From a virus: a stretch of 64,000 nt of DNA. The notes under the pieces are model-generated. The model did no database searches. It had not been told where the DNA came from and saw nothing but the letters and a program-made list of their open reading frames with translations. The stretch spans positions 130,605 to 194,604 of IMG/VR virus record IMGVR_UViG_3300043122_000207; one strand, written 5' to 3'. Position 1 is the first letter of the stretch, and each line of letters opens with the position of its first letter. The translations under genes were made by a program, and so were the position numbers. This document shows positions 30,257-41,369 of this stretch, piece after piece.

Positions 30257-31513
30257 TTATAAGATCTTATTGGAAAACATTTCTTCATATCCAATCATTG
30301 ACTGACCTATTTTATTGTTATATTCATATCTAGCTATGAATAAAATTAGTGGTATTTTGAAGAAATTATCCAGACAATAATTATTAAAAATGTTATCGAA
30401 ATCTAATAATGAGATATCGAAAACACCGTTTAAATAATTGTATAAAAATATATCTATGGTGTTGGATGATGTCTCTGAAGGTTCTGATAACTCTAATAAA
30501 TCTACATCCATTCCCATGTCAAACATATCGTATATCACTTTATTTCTTTCTATAACCTTTATATCTCTATTATGGTAAATATTTAATGATGTGAAATTAA
30601 ATTCAAAACTATTATCATCTATATATCTTACTGTAAAAGTCATATCTTTTTTAGTTAGAGTATCTTTATTCATTACCTTTATAAAGAAAGAATTTTGGAA
30701 ATTATAACTGAAGTTATTTTCTATACTAAATTCTATTGGTGATATGATTTTATTACCGAATTTGCTATCGTATAGAATATCACTTTCATTGATAAATTGA
30801 GAAACATAAGGTGAATAAATGATCTCGTTTGGTAGTTTTAAAATTATGGTCTCTGTATTCTCATCATAATATTGGGACATATATAATGTGTTTAATTTGT
30901 CTATTGATTTTTCGATTACTTCTAAATTGTCTATAACATTATTTTTTATTATACTTTTTAAATCTGTACCGATATTATCATACAACATGGTATATTCATC
31001 TATCACTTGTTCTTCAATATCTGTGTATTCGCTGTCTTCATCAGAGAAAGCTTTTTCATATTTTATTTTATAATTTGATTGATTTCTTATCATCGTTCTT
31101 TCTACTTTAGTCACTCTATATAAGTAAACATGGTTATCCAATTCTAGTGTGAAAAAAGAGTTAACGATAGGTTTGAATGAATCCAAAGGTATAATCGATA
31201 CGTTGTCGTTTTCTATCCTCATACCCTTGTATTCATCATCTTCTTTATTTTTTGACCAGTCTTCTAAACCGAACATAACACAATCGATTATTTTATTAAA
31301 CCTTAAAGGAGAATCATCTCCTATGTCGTTTTGTATATCATCGGTTCCTGATAGAGTGGTTGATTTCTTTTCGTCTACATTATAAAAGGTACCAAAAATT
31401 GGTGTTCTATCTGTAAATTTTACAGCTGGAGATTTTCTAAGTTTTTCTGTATTGTCTTTAACAGTGTTTATTTTTTCTCTTATACTAGTTTTATTTATAT
31501 TTGTAAAACCCAT
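30257..31513 (-). CDS. Virion structural protein (possible neck/head completion)
   Basis: TPIFGTFYNVD..ST..G..GDDSPLRFNKI resembles conserved jumbo-phage virion proteins; late motif at 31538. Confidence 0.4.
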   Translation of the reverse strand: MGFTNINKTSIREKINTVKDNTEKLRKSPAVKFTDRTPIFGTFYNVDEKKSTTLSGTDDIQNDIGDDSPLRFNKIIDCVMFGLEDWSKNKEDDEYKGMRIENDNVSIIPLDSFKPIVNSFFTLELDNHVYLYRVTKVERTMIRNQSNYKIKYEKAFSDEDSEYTDIEEQVIDEYTMLYDNIGTDLKSIIKNNVIDNLEVIEKSIDKLNTLYMSQYYDENTETIILKLPNEIIYSPYVSQFINESDILYDSKFGNKIISPIEFSIENNFSYNFQNSFFIKVMNKDTLTKKDMTFTVRYIDDNSFEFNFTSLNIYHNRDIKVIERNKVIYDMFDMGMDVDLLELSEPSETSSNTIDIFLYNYLNGVFDISLLDFDNIFNNYCLDNFFKIPLILFIARYEYNNKIGQSMIGYEEMFSNKIL

Positions 31514-31604
31514 ATTGACAACCCCTTTCTTTAACATCTATTGAAATGTTCTGTTAAGGTTGGTATGAACAATTAATTGATATCAAATTTAAGGAGGTAT
31601 ATAA

Positions 31605-33134
31605 ATGGATTTAAAACCTTACGATAGTATGGAATATATAGAATTTTATACTGAAACAGTAGCTATTTCAAATCAAATTGATAGCACAATCAAACACATT
31701 GGTGTTTTAAAAGAAAAGAATTATAGATTATATGGTGAAGCCAATGTTTTTAAAGCTTTGATTGCTGCTGTCGCTAAAGCAGTGAAGTTTGTAGGACAAT
31801 TATTTAAAAAATTAATTTCCAAAATATCAGGTGGTAAATTATTTGGTGGAACTAACAGTTCAGCATCTAGTGTTGCAATTAACTCTATGGATGTGGTTAA
31901 GGGTATTTATAAAACTGTATCTAACACTTCATCAAGCGAGATTGAAAGTACAAAGACTGATATAAGAAATGAGATCCAAAGGACTTTAAAAAATAAAGCT
32001 GAAAAGGAAAAATTAAACAGCTTAGTTGGTAGTTTGTCAGATACCTCAGATGATGATTTAGAAAAAAGTATCGTTAATATTTCTAAAAGATTAAACGATA
32101 GAAAAATATCTAAAGCCAATGAGTCTATCAACTATATAGAGAAGGAAAACTTTGGTGCAGAAAATAATGTTTTAAAGAGTGAGTTTAAAGGTTACTTTCC
32201 AAAAGCTATCAAAGATAATTTAGACGATTCTATTATAGATGCTCTTAATATGGTTTATAAAAATAATAGAAATAAATTTTTAAAGATAGTGGATAAGGGT
32301 ACAGAGGTTATTTTTAAAAATGGGAACATATCAGATCCTAAATTTAAAGATTATTATAATCAATCAAATGCTTTACAATTTTTATATGTTGATAAGTTAG
32401 AAATGGATAAACAGGTTTCCTTTGCTAATCATATGAATAAAGTTATAACAAAAGTGATTGGTGGTATGAAAAAGGTTGAGGCGTCCATTGAAGAGGGTGG
32501 GAAATCCCTTGAAAATAGTCTTAAGAGTACATCAAATAATAAAACGAATATAATGATGGGTGTGGCTGATAAATTTCCAAAATACGCTGGTAGTAAAATA
32601 GAGAGAAGAAGAAACATGTTAAAACAAAAAAAGAATGTTGAACCTCTACCTCAACCTAAACCAGCAGAGCCTACATCTTATGCAGGTTACATAAAGGGAG
32701 CTAGAATTGAAAACCCCCAATCTATTTTTAATAAGGGTGACAATTTTAAAAACTTCTTAAAGTTCCATAATATATTCAGGGTAAATAAAGAAATGTATAA
32801 TTTATTACAGTATGTTTATGGTTCATTTAATAATGAAAAACCTGAAGCTAAAAAATTAGTGGAGTCTTCAAATAAAGTTGTAGACGCATCTGATAAACTT
32901 TCAGAGTTATTAACTTCAGTTGACAGCGAGAATGTCACTGATAATATGTTAGCAGACCTTAAAGATATTATTAGTTCTTATAGGGTTCTTGGGGAATATG
33001 TTATCGCAATGGATATGGTAGCTAAAAATCAGTTAGTTAATGCAGCTAACTTAAAAGATATATTTGTTCAGATAAGATATCAATTTATGCTTTTAGTTAT
33101 GCTCGATTCAATAAGAAAATACAATGAGAAATAA
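31605..33134 (+). CDS. Internal head protein
   Basis: Acidic propeptide ending LYGE/A, then an amphipathic helix and a Gly/Ser linker; late-type promoter. Confidence 0.55.
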   Translation: MDLKPYDSMEYIEFYTETVAISNQIDSTIKHIGVLKEKNYRLYGEANVFKALIAAVAKAVKFVGQLFKKLISKISGGKLFGGTNSSASSVAINSMDVVKGIYKTVSNTSSSEIESTKTDIRNEIQRTLKNKAEKEKLNSLVGSLSDTSDDDLEKSIVNISKRLNDRKISKANESINYIEKENFGAENNVLKSEFKGYFPKAIKDNLDDSIIDALNMVYKNNRNKFLKIVDKGTEVIFKNGNISDPKFKDYYNQSNALQFLYVDKLEMDKQVSFANHMNKVITKVIGGMKKVEASIEEGGKSLENSLKSTSNNKTNIMMGVADKFPKYAGSKIERRRNMLKQKKNVEPLPQPKPAEPTSYAGYIKGARIENPQSIFNKGDNFKNFLKFHNIFRVNKEMYNLLQYVYGSFNNEKPEAKKLVESSNKVVDASDKLSELLTSVDSENVTDNMLADLKDIISSYRVLGEYVIAMDMVAKNQLVNAANLKDIFVQIRYQFMLLVMLDSIRKYNEK

Positions 33135-33138
33135 AAAT

Positions 33139-33166
33139 AAACACGGGGTTTAAACCCCGTGTTTTT
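33139..33166. terminator. Bidirectional terminator
   Basis: AAACACGGGGTT/AACCCCGTGTTT between convergent genes. Confidence 0.85.
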
Positions 33167-33167
33167 A

Positions 33168-34835
33168 TTATACGTTTAATACAGATTTTAAGTTCTTTCT
33201 TAGTCCTTTTAGTTTGGGGTATTCGTCTATGTTTTTGAGTCCAGTTATTTGAATATATAGACTCATCATTCTTTTCATATAGTAGTCGAAAGCTAAAAGT
33301 TGTGTGTATAGTAATGCTGAGCGTTCTGATGTTTCCATTAGTGTTAGGAATTTAATGATATCGTTTGTAGCTTTCATGACACCATTTAATAGTTTTTTAA
33401 GCATATTTAGATCATCAGTTAAATTCGTCTTAACGGATGAGAAGTTATCGTTTTCTTTAACATTTTTCTCTACTGAATTTTTACCATTGGAACCTTCTAT
33501 TTTGTTTAGTTTATTTATTGCGGGATTCAATACTTCTTTTTGTATACTTAATCTGATGGATTTATTGTCTGCTATATTCATAGTGGATTCACTATATCTG
33601 TCTGGTACTGTGCTTATTGGGTTTTTAGAATCACCGTAGTTTGTAACTCTATATTGTATACCTGTTATTTTTTTTACTGAACCAACATGTCCCTTTCCAT
33701 TTTCAATCGAAAGTGGTGTGAAATTTCCATCCTCCAATCTAATCATATCTTTAAGGAATGTGGTTTTGTATCCCTGGGATTCATAATTAATCTTATCTCC
33801 GGTTGATGATGATAATATCGAACTTAAATTTTTTAAGTTTTCTTTAGATGATTTGGTATAGTTGAAATTGTTATTGATATATTCGCTATAACTGATTATA
33901 TCGTCCTCACCATCCATACTTTCAATATATGTTATTATGTTCTCAAAGAACACAGATAATAAATCGAACCCATGTCTGAACTCGGAATTTTGTATACTAC
34001 CTTTTGAATTGGATAATTCTATGACATTGAGTTCCTTTATAACAAGATGTTCATTTAAATCAGATACAGATACGTATTTATCCATATCTTTAAAACGTCT
34101 ATTAGACATTAACTTATCTATCTCTAAATTAGCCTTGATATTTTTGTTTGCTACACCTATTATATCGTCGTCTGTTTTGATATCTTCTGATTTGAAAGCC
34201 ATAGCATTATTAAGAACCTTTTGTACTTTGTCTAATTTTTTTTTATCACCATTAAATTGTCCTAACATTCTTGTAACTTCATCATCACTGAAAGAAACAT
34301 TGTCACTTTTATTTAGAGTTTTATTTGCTTCTTTTTGAATTGTTTTCATATAGTCACTGTAAATGGGAAATACATTTTTAATTTTTATTTTCTCAAATGA
34401 TAGGAACCCGTTAGAGGATGGGTTTATATATTCTTTATCAAATATATTCATATTAGCGACATCGTTATTTTTCTTTGCTTTAGAAGCGGAGGGTGAACTA
34501 CTACTCCCACCACCGAATCCACTAGAACTTTTACCACTGCCACCAGAGTCATCATCCTTAAGTGCCCATTTGAATCGTATACCAAATGGTTTAGTTATTA
34601 ATCTTACAGCACCTTTAATAAAATTAATTATGAATTTCCAAATTTTTTTGGCGATATTTACTACACCATCTTTGATTTTGGATAAAACCCCTTCACCATA
34701 TAATTCAATTTCATCGTCCATAGATTCGAAGTATAAAATACATTCATTAAATAATTTCATACTTTCTCTTTCTATAGCTAATCTTTCTGTTTCAAATATA
34801 ATAAAATCATGAGATACATCGTTTGTTAATTCCAA
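33168..34835 (-). CDS. Internal head protein
   Basis: TTG at 34835 after GGAGGTG; LYGE/G then amphipathic helix and Gly/Ser linker. Confidence 0.55.
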   Translation of the reverse strand: MELTNDVSHDFIIFETERLAIERESMKLFNECILYFESMDDEIELYGEGVLSKIKDGVVNIAKKIWKFIINFIKGAVRLITKPFGIRFKWALKDDDSGGSGKSSSGFGGGSSSSPSASKAKKNNDVANMNIFDKEYINPSSNGFLSFEKIKIKNVFPIYSDYMKTIQKEANKTLNKSDNVSFSDDEVTRMLGQFNGDKKKLDKVQKVLNNAMAFKSEDIKTDDDIIGVANKNIKANLEIDKLMSNRRFKDMDKYVSVSDLNEHLVIKELNVIELSNSKGSIQNSEFRHGFDLLSVFFENIITYIESMDGEDDIISYSEYINNNFNYTKSSKENLKNLSSILSSSTGDKINYESQGYKTTFLKDMIRLEDGNFTPLSIENGKGHVGSVKKITGIQYRVTNYGDSKNPISTVPDRYSESTMNIADNKSIRLSIQKEVLNPAINKLNKIEGSNGKNSVEKNVKENDNFSSVKTNLTDDLNMLKKLLNGVMKATNDIIKFLTLMETSERSALLYTQLLAFDYYMKRMMSLYIQITGLKNIDEYPKLKGLRKNLKSVLNV

Positions 34836-34958
34836 ATTTAATACACCTCCAAAGTGAGTATTACTAATTAAATTGTTCATATATACTATGGTTACAAAAT
34901 AAAAATACCGGGGAATCAACCCCGGTATTGAATTATATTTATATTTTGTTATTTTGTA

Positions 34959-36197
34959 TTAGTTAGAAGTACCTTCACTATCATATAGACTTTGGATAGT
35001 AGAAGTTACAGAACCAACTTCTCCAAATAATTTATTTGAAACAGATGATCCTAAGTTATAGGATTTAGTAACTACAACTGTCATCATTGAAACTAAAGTG
35101 GCGTACTGGTTCATAACACCTGTTACTGTGGATACTGCTGTTTGTACTGCAGCTTTTGACTCTCCATCTTCACCAGGGTTATCGTTCTTTCTTTTAGCCT
35201 GGTCAGCTGATTTTTCTAAGTTCTTACCAGTTGATTCGAGAGCTTTAGCTTTATCAGCGAATTTCTTAGCACCATCGTTAAGAGCTTTAATAGCTTCTTC
35301 GATATCGAATGCATCGAAACCTTCTTTAATAGGCTGAAGAACGTTATCTTTAATTTCTCCACCAGTATAAGTTCTGGTATCTGTATCGAAAATTGCATCT
35401 TTAACCTGTTCAGCTGGATCTTCTGTACCATCTTTCTTGACGGGACCTAAGTTTTTAATTTTATCTACAACTTGAGCGTTATAGATAGCAGCCATTAATT
35501 TATTTTGGCCAGTTTTGTTATTTTCTGTACCAACTACATTCTGAATGTTTTGTACAGATTTTTGTAGATTGTTAGCTTTAGCTGAATCAAATGAAGATAA
35601 GTCTCCAGATAATTCTTTAGCTAATGTTTGTGCTGTGGAATCTAGTGATCCAAAAGTAGTTCCACCGATGTCAGCTTTGGTGTAAGTTTCTTCATATTTA
35701 AATGCAGCTGAAACAAATGCCATACCACCTTTAAAATCAGTTTGCTTAGCTTCATATCTAGCTGAATCAGGAAGCTTTTTGTTTCCAGCACTTTCCATTA
35801 GAGCTTCAAAAGCAGCTTTTTTCTTACGGATATCTTTTCCTGTGTTTTTGAACTTAGAAATAAGTCCACGAACCATATCTGCTAACTTATTATAAAGCTT
35901 CTTTAAGAAGTCCATAATTTTAGCGATAATACCTTTTTTGGAATCTCCACCAAAAGCAGCTTCTGCATATAATTCTGCAACCTGTTCGTCATCGTCTGCA
36001 ATACCATTGCTTTCCATGTATGTTTGAATTTCATAATCTGCCTCTTGCATTTCGTTACCAAACTGGCTAACTTCCATTGCACTTGCTACACATTCTGCAA
36101 CGAGCATTGTGTAATCTTCTGCACTGATTTCAGGTCCTTCCATGTGTAGTTCATTAGTTTTCTTGATTTCTTTAATACTATTACCAAATGTTTTCAT
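34959..36197 (-). CDS. Internal head protein
   Basis: LYAE/A then KGIIAKIMDFLKKLYNKL amphipathic helix; Ala/Lys-rich body. Confidence 0.6.
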   Translation of the reverse strand: MKTFGNSIKEIKKTNELHMEGPEISAEDYTMLVAECVASAMEVSQFGNEMQEADYEIQTYMESNGIADDDEQVAELYAEAAFGGDSKKGIIAKIMDFLKKLYNKLADMVRGLISKFKNTGKDIRKKKAAFEALMESAGNKKLPDSARYEAKQTDFKGGMAFVSAAFKYEETYTKADIGGTTFGSLDSTAQTLAKELSGDLSSFDSAKANNLQKSVQNIQNVVGTENNKTGQNKLMAAIYNAQVVDKIKNLGPVKKDGTEDPAEQVKDAIFDTDTRTYTGGEIKDNVLQPIKEGFDAFDIEEAIKALNDGAKKFADKAKALESTGKNLEKSADQAKRKNDNPGEDGESKAAVQTAVSTVTGVMNQYATLVSMMTVVVTKSYNLGSSVSNKLFGEVGSVTSTIQSLYDSEGTSN

Positions 36198-36285
36198 TGA
36201 TATAGTAACCTCCTTGTATTTTAAATTAAAAAGTTTTTATCTTCAAATCTATATTATTTGTTCATCGATATTACCTTACAGTAGC

Positions 36286-36299
36286 AACAATTTTAATAG
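36286..36299 (+). promoter_or_regulatory. Late-type motif AACA-N7-TAG heading the fibre/radical SAM/glycosylation operon
   Basis: AACAATTTTAATAG; back-to-back with a minus-strand copy at 36249-36262. Confidence 0.75.
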
Positions 36300-36344
36300 T
36301 CGAATTAAATACATTAATATAATAAAAAGAGGTGAGTTTAGACT

Positions 36345-38000
36345 ATGGCTGGAAATAATAGACAAGTAGCAGTTATACCTATTAAATATAAAGATAGAGA
36401 GTTAGCATTACCAGGAGAAATTATCCTGGATAGTGATGGACGAATGTTTGCTAAATTAAATGATGGAACTGTCAAACCCATACGTGGCGAACAATTTAAT
36501 TTTATTCAAGATTTAATTAAACATAATTGGCATGTCGGTGACCAGGAATCTTTAGATTATGATATGGCAAGTTGGATTAAAACTGGAGACTATGACCCTT
36601 CTATTGATTATGAACGAGGGACAATATTAATTAAGGAATATTATTTAGAACCTGATGGTACTGAAAAGGAAAGATGGAGGGCTATAGCACCTATAACGGA
36701 GTTAAGTGGTGTAATAGTCAATGATAATACTGGGAAAACTTTAGAGGATATGATAAATGATGATCTATCTGATGGTTTTATATCTACAGATGATAAATTA
36801 GGAGATGGTGATTTACAATATGTTTCGGGGAATACATTCACTATCGTTGGTGATTGGTTAGATATATTCTTAGAAGATAGAAAACTTAAAATGCTATCAG
36901 ATGGTAATGAAGTTTTTTCTTTGATAGATCATGTGAATTATGATGGGACAGTTACGACTGTGACATTGGAGGATTCTGTTCTTGGGTCATCTATAGAGGA
37001 GGTTTTATATTCTATAATATCCCCTGGTGAAACTGGACCTATTTCGGATACCGATACATATTCTAAGATAGCTGAATATTTGGAAGCTGGAAATAATATA
37101 GATATTGATTTATCTAATGCTGATAAATTGAAAATAAGTTCTCCAACCGATACTGATGGCATAAAATCAGTTATAGGTGATTGGATTCAAGGTGGCGGTG
37201 CGACCACTGTATCCTATAATCCGACTGCCGGTACTCTTAAGATATCCAGTGTCAACACACAACGAAGTGATGGAGAAATAAATAGTTTGATAGAAAGCCA
37301 CATGAATGGACCTGTTGAGATCGGGGATAATTTAAAAGTCGGTGGCAATATAGATTTAACGGGATTTGATTTAGTTTGGGATGAACATACAGACGGTGCT
37401 AGAATCACATTCGTTAATCCGAGTGATGCAGATGAAACATATATGCTTTTTGAAACAAACGATAACAGTGATGAATATTTTAAATGGGGGCATAAAGATG
37501 TTTCTTTTGAGGAATGGATGCGTTTAGAACAAAGTGGTTTGACAGTTAATGGTGAGATTACAGGCACAAAAGTTTGGAATGCAGTGTATAATGGTGATGT
37601 CGCGGAACTTTTTGATTGTGTAGAGCATCAAGAATTTGAACCTGGTGATGTTTTGGTTTCGATGAAAGGTTTATGTTGTAAAACATCAGAGGAAAAACAC
37701 CGTGGTGTTGTGGGTGTTGTTTCAGATCCTGAATCATATGGGTATTTGCTTGGTGGTCCTGAAAGAGATTCCATTGATGACTATGGTGAAAACCAACAAC
37801 CTGTAGGGATAACAGGGCGTACTAAAGTAAAAGTTACAGGTGATATAAAAGAGCATGATCTTTTGGTCACATCTAAAAAATCTGGATACGCAACAAAGAT
37901 TAATAGTGATGAATATATGCCCGGAACTGTTTTTGCTAAAGCTTTAGAAGGTAACAATGGTGAAGACAAAAAAATTTGGGCTTTAATAATGAACGCATAA
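36345..38000 (+). CDS. Tail fibre/appendage protein with C-terminal autocleaving intramolecular chaperone (peptidase G2-like)
   Basis: VWNAVYNGDVAELF, PGDVLV, VGVVSD, VGITGRTKVKV, DLLVTS..GYA, VFAKAL. Confidence 0.7.
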   Translation: MAGNNRQVAVIPIKYKDRELALPGEIILDSDGRMFAKLNDGTVKPIRGEQFNFIQDLIKHNWHVGDQESLDYDMASWIKTGDYDPSIDYERGTILIKEYYLEPDGTEKERWRAIAPITELSGVIVNDNTGKTLEDMINDDLSDGFISTDDKLGDGDLQYVSGNTFTIVGDWLDIFLEDRKLKMLSDGNEVFSLIDHVNYDGTVTTVTLEDSVLGSSIEEVLYSIISPGETGPISDTDTYSKIAEYLEAGNNIDIDLSNADKLKISSPTDTDGIKSVIGDWIQGGGATTVSYNPTAGTLKISSVNTQRSDGEINSLIESHMNGPVEIGDNLKVGGNIDLTGFDLVWDEHTDGARITFVNPSDADETYMLFETNDNSDEYFKWGHKDVSFEEWMRLEQSGLTVNGEITGTKVWNAVYNGDVAELFDCVEHQEFEPGDVLVSMKGLCCKTSEEKHRGVVGVVSDPESYGYLLGGPERDSIDDYGENQQPVGITGRTKVKVTGDIKEHDLLVTSKKSGYATKINSDEYMPGTVFAKALEGNNGEDKKIWALIMNA

Positions 38001-38021
38001 AATTGAAAGGGTGATGGTTTA

Positions 38022-38732
38022 ATGTTTGATCCACATTATATGCCTAGAGAAATAGTGGATAAAATGTACAATAAATATTTTATCCATAATTTCAAAATGA
38101 TGCTTAAATATGTAGATTATGATTGGGTTCATCCGATGGATGTAAAGACAAACGACCATATGGTTTCATGGGATAATGACCCGTATTTGGAAAAAACAAA
38201 AAATGAAAGAATAAAGTTAGGGTTGGATGTTTTGGAGAATGGGAACTATTGGCCATTCACAGGGGACTGGGGCATGAATGTTTCTGAAGGATGTCATAGG
38301 ATATGGTCTTTACAGGAGGTTTATAAAAACATCAAAAAATATGAAAAAAGATATTTGATGTTTAAGCATAGTTGGCAATTTTATTATGATTTTCGGAAAA
38401 TACAGCTCGACCATACAATTGAAGGTATCGATAATTTTGACGAATTATATAGCACATTCACAGAGTATGTGTATGTTCCTGATAAATGTATAGGTGAACC
38501 TTATTTAAAAAACACACTTGAAGACAAGACTGTAGATAAAATAGATTTTGGAGAATTTAACCTTTGTGTGATGGAATGTAAAAACATCTATGATATATTT
38601 TTGGCTTATATATCAATACCGGTTTTAATGAGGTATCCTTTAGCACACCAAGAGAAGATAGGTAAAAGAGTTCCTTCTTTACCACATATGAATGATGAGG
38701 GATTTTTTAGAGAATGGTACAGTAAAAGGTAG
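38022..38732 (+). CDS. ParB/Srx-fold protein, paralogue 1
   Basis: KLGLDVLENGNYWPF...SEGCHRIWSL. Confidence 0.6.
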   Translation: MFDPHYMPREIVDKMYNKYFIHNFKMMLKYVDYDWVHPMDVKTNDHMVSWDNDPYLEKTKNERIKLGLDVLENGNYWPFTGDWGMNVSEGCHRIWSLQEVYKNIKKYEKRYLMFKHSWQFYYDFRKIQLDHTIEGIDNFDELYSTFTEYVYVPDKCIGEPYLKNTLEDKTVDKIDFGEFNLCVMECKNIYDIFLAYISIPVLMRYPLAHQEKIGKRVPSLPHMNDEGFFREWYSKR

Positions 38733-38744
38733 GGGGTATATATA

Positions 38745-39848
38745 ATGGAAAAGGGAGATATTTTTTTTAATAGCTTAAATAGTGTGCAGTTGATATTGAA
38801 TAAGAAATGTAATTTTAATTGTAGCTATTGTTTTTCAGATAATGATGGTGAGGAAATGGATTCCGAATTACTGTTTTCTGATGTTTATAGATTTTTAAAA
38901 GAAAACTTATCGGATGATACAACTTTAAATTTTTTTGGTGGAGAACCAATGTTAGATTACCGAGAAAAGATAGACCCGTTAGTTTGTACTTTAAGGGATG
39001 ACGGGTTTGAAGGTGGTATAGGTATAGTTACAAATGGGAGTCTTTTCAACGAAAAAATAATGGATGAAATCATTGAGACAAATGTATCTGTTATGGTTAG
39101 TTTGGATGGTGATTATGAGACATTCTCTAAAAATAGAAATTCAGATCGTGAAGTTTTTGATGATATTATAAATAGTATAAAATATTTTGTTTCTAAAGAT
39201 TACCCGAATATCAGTGTTCGTTTAACATATGGCGAAGATGACATTGAGAATTTAACCAAAAATATTAAATTTATATATTCACTTGGGGTGGATGTGATTG
39301 AATTTTACCATGTTGATGAAATAAAACTCGATAAAAAATCAGCGGAAAAGTTAAAAGAAGAATTTGATAAATTGTTTTTCTTTTATGTGAAAAACGATGT
39401 TAAAATAAAATATATAGATGACTTGGTTCATTATTATTTAAATCCGGATGAGCATTCCAGAGGTAAATTACATCAGTGTGGATTGTTAAATAAAGATAAT
39501 TTTGATATGACAATCGATACTTCCGGTGATATTTTTACATGTCATCATTTTAATTCTGATGATAAAAAATATGATAGTTTTCATATCGGTAATATAAAGG
39601 AAACTTTCTATAAAGAAAAAATAAAGAATTTGAATTTGGGTCATTTAAAGAAAAAATATGTTTATGCACATAATGCAAGAGAAAATACCTGTTCAAAATG
39701 TAAATTGTATGATTTGTGTAATTCTATTTGTACTATGCAAAATATAAAGCAAAACAACAATATTTTTTTAAATTATAATGTCGATTGTTTTATAAAAAGG
39801 TCCTTCTATGATGTTATAGAATGGAGATTGAATGAGGTGAGACAATGA
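38745..39848 (+). CDS. Radical SAM/SPASM enzyme 1
   Basis: CNFNCSYC, FFGGEP, VTNG, SLDG; SPASM QCG..TC..CSKCKLYDLCNSIC..DC. Confidence 0.93.
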   Translation: MEKGDIFFNSLNSVQLILNKKCNFNCSYCFSDNDGEEMDSELLFSDVYRFLKENLSDDTTLNFFGGEPMLDYREKIDPLVCTLRDDGFEGGIGIVTNGSLFNEKIMDEIIETNVSVMVSLDGDYETFSKNRNSDREVFDDIINSIKYFVSKDYPNISVRLTYGEDDIENLTKNIKFIYSLGVDVIEFYHVDEIKLDKKSAEKLKEEFDKLFFFYVKNDVKIKYIDDLVHYYLNPDEHSRGKLHQCGLLNKDNFDMTIDTSGDIFTCHHFNSDDKKYDSFHIGNIKETFYKEKIKNLNLGHLKKKYVYAHNARENTCSKCKLYDLCNSICTMQNIKQNNNIFLNYNVDCFIKRSFYDVIEWRLNEVRQ

Positions 39849-40600
39849 CAGATAGGGATATTTTTGGTTGTTTGTATAAAGATTATATAGAAACCAATTT
39901 AAAAAATATTGTAAGTCACAGTTTATTCGATATAGAATTTGTGACTCCAGAAAAACTGGCATGTATGGTTGATCTACCAAATAAACCATATTTTTTTGAC
40001 GAGAATGGAAAGATAAAAAATGAGAATATTAATTTAGAGGGTATTGAGGGGTTAAATAAATCTAGAGATTTAGCTTTGGATATTCTAGAAAATGGTTTTT
40101 ATTATCCCTTGATTGTGCAAAAGGATGAGTTAGGGTATATTGGTGCTGAAGGGAGACACCGTTCCTTGGGTATTTTATCTTTATATAATAAGGGTGTTTG
40201 GCCCAGAGATAAAAGAATACCTGTTATAGTGTGTTATTTTGATTATCAGTCCCTCGTTAAGGGTGTAAAAGATGTTAGAAGTGGAAAAAAGGATTGTATA
40301 ATAGGGGAATACCCAATGAATGAAAGTCTTTTTTTGAATGCATCCACATTAGCAGATTTATTTTCAAAGAAAAATTATTTAATCAATTACGATAAAAAGA
40401 AACTTATTGATGATGAGTTAGGGATATTTCAATGCGAGATAAATGATCTCTATAGTTTTTTCATATTAAATGGTATTTATTATGGTGGTATAAGTAGAGA
40501 TATTTTGAAATATAAAAAAAGAGATAATCCTATTGAACCATCTCGTGTTATAAACAATATCCGTGATTTTTATTTATTTTTCAAAAATGGGAGTGGATGA
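39845..40600 (+). CDS. ParB/Srx-fold protein, paralogue 2
   Basis: LALDILENGFYYPLIV...AEGRHRSLG. Confidence 0.65.
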   Translation: MTDRDIFGCLYKDYIETNLKNIVSHSLFDIEFVTPEKLACMVDLPNKPYFFDENGKIKNENINLEGIEGLNKSRDLALDILENGFYYPLIVQKDELGYIGAEGRHRSLGILSLYNKGVWPRDKRIPVIVCYFDYQSLVKGVKDVRSGKKDCIIGEYPMNESLFLNASTLADLFSKKNYLINYDKKKLIDDELGIFQCEINDLYSFFILNGIYYGGISRDILKYKKRDNPIEPSRVINNIRDFYLFFKNGSG

Positions 40601-40601
40601 A

Positions 40602-41369
40602 ATGAAACATAGGGAAATAACCGAATACTTTTATAATGATTTTATTGATACAAATTTACGCAATTTAAACAACCACCCACAATTCAATATCGAATGGATG
40701 ACACCAGAAGAAATTATAAACAAACTGAATATACAGGGTGAAGAACATCATATGTTCGATGGTGATATGGATTATACTGATATACCTGGGGATCTTTTTC
40801 TCTATAACTCCTTTAATGATGCGAAAAAGTTGGGTTTGGATGTTCATAAAAATGGAATGTACAATCCCATTTTATTACAGAAGGTAGATGGTGTATATTC
40901 TAGATCCGAAGGAAGTCATCGTTTAAGAGGGATACTTCATCTTTATAAATCTGGTGTTTGGGATAAAAATAAGAAAATATGTTTTTTGGTGTGTGAATTT
41001 GGATACGAAAAAATGAGATTGGAAATTGTTGATATAAGAAAAAATATCAAAAAAACTTTAGATGATCCTGATATGTATAAGATGGACGATGTTTTAACTC
41101 TTAATGCACCTTTATATCATGGATGGGATAGTAGAACTAAACTCCTAGTCAAGTATGAAAGAAAAAAATTAACAAACGAAGAGCTTCAAATATACAGTTT
41201 TGATATAGAGAATTTTTATGACTTTTTTTTTATTAATGGTATTTATTATGGTGGTATAAGTAACGATTTATTTTTATACCATAATACAGATGAAATGATT
41301 CATCCTAGTCCAGTAGTTAATGATGAAAAATTTTTTAAAAAATATATGGGGGATGTTAAAGATGAGTAA
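40602..41369 (+). CDS. ParB/Srx-fold protein, paralogue 3
   Basis: LGLDVHKNGMYNPILL...SEGSHRLRG; shares NGIYYGGIS with paralogue 2. Confidence 0.65.
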   Translation: MKHREITEYFYNDFIDTNLRNLNNHPQFNIEWMTPEEIINKLNIQGEEHHMFDGDMDYTDIPGDLFLYNSFNDAKKLGLDVHKNGMYNPILLQKVDGVYSRSEGSHRLRGILHLYKSGVWDKNKKICFLVCEFGYEKMRLEIVDIRKNIKKTLDDPDMYKMDDVLTLNAPLYHGWDSRTKLLVKYERKKLTNEELQIYSFDIENFYDFFFINGIYYGGISNDLFLYHNTDEMIHPSPVVNDEKFFKKYMGDVKDE

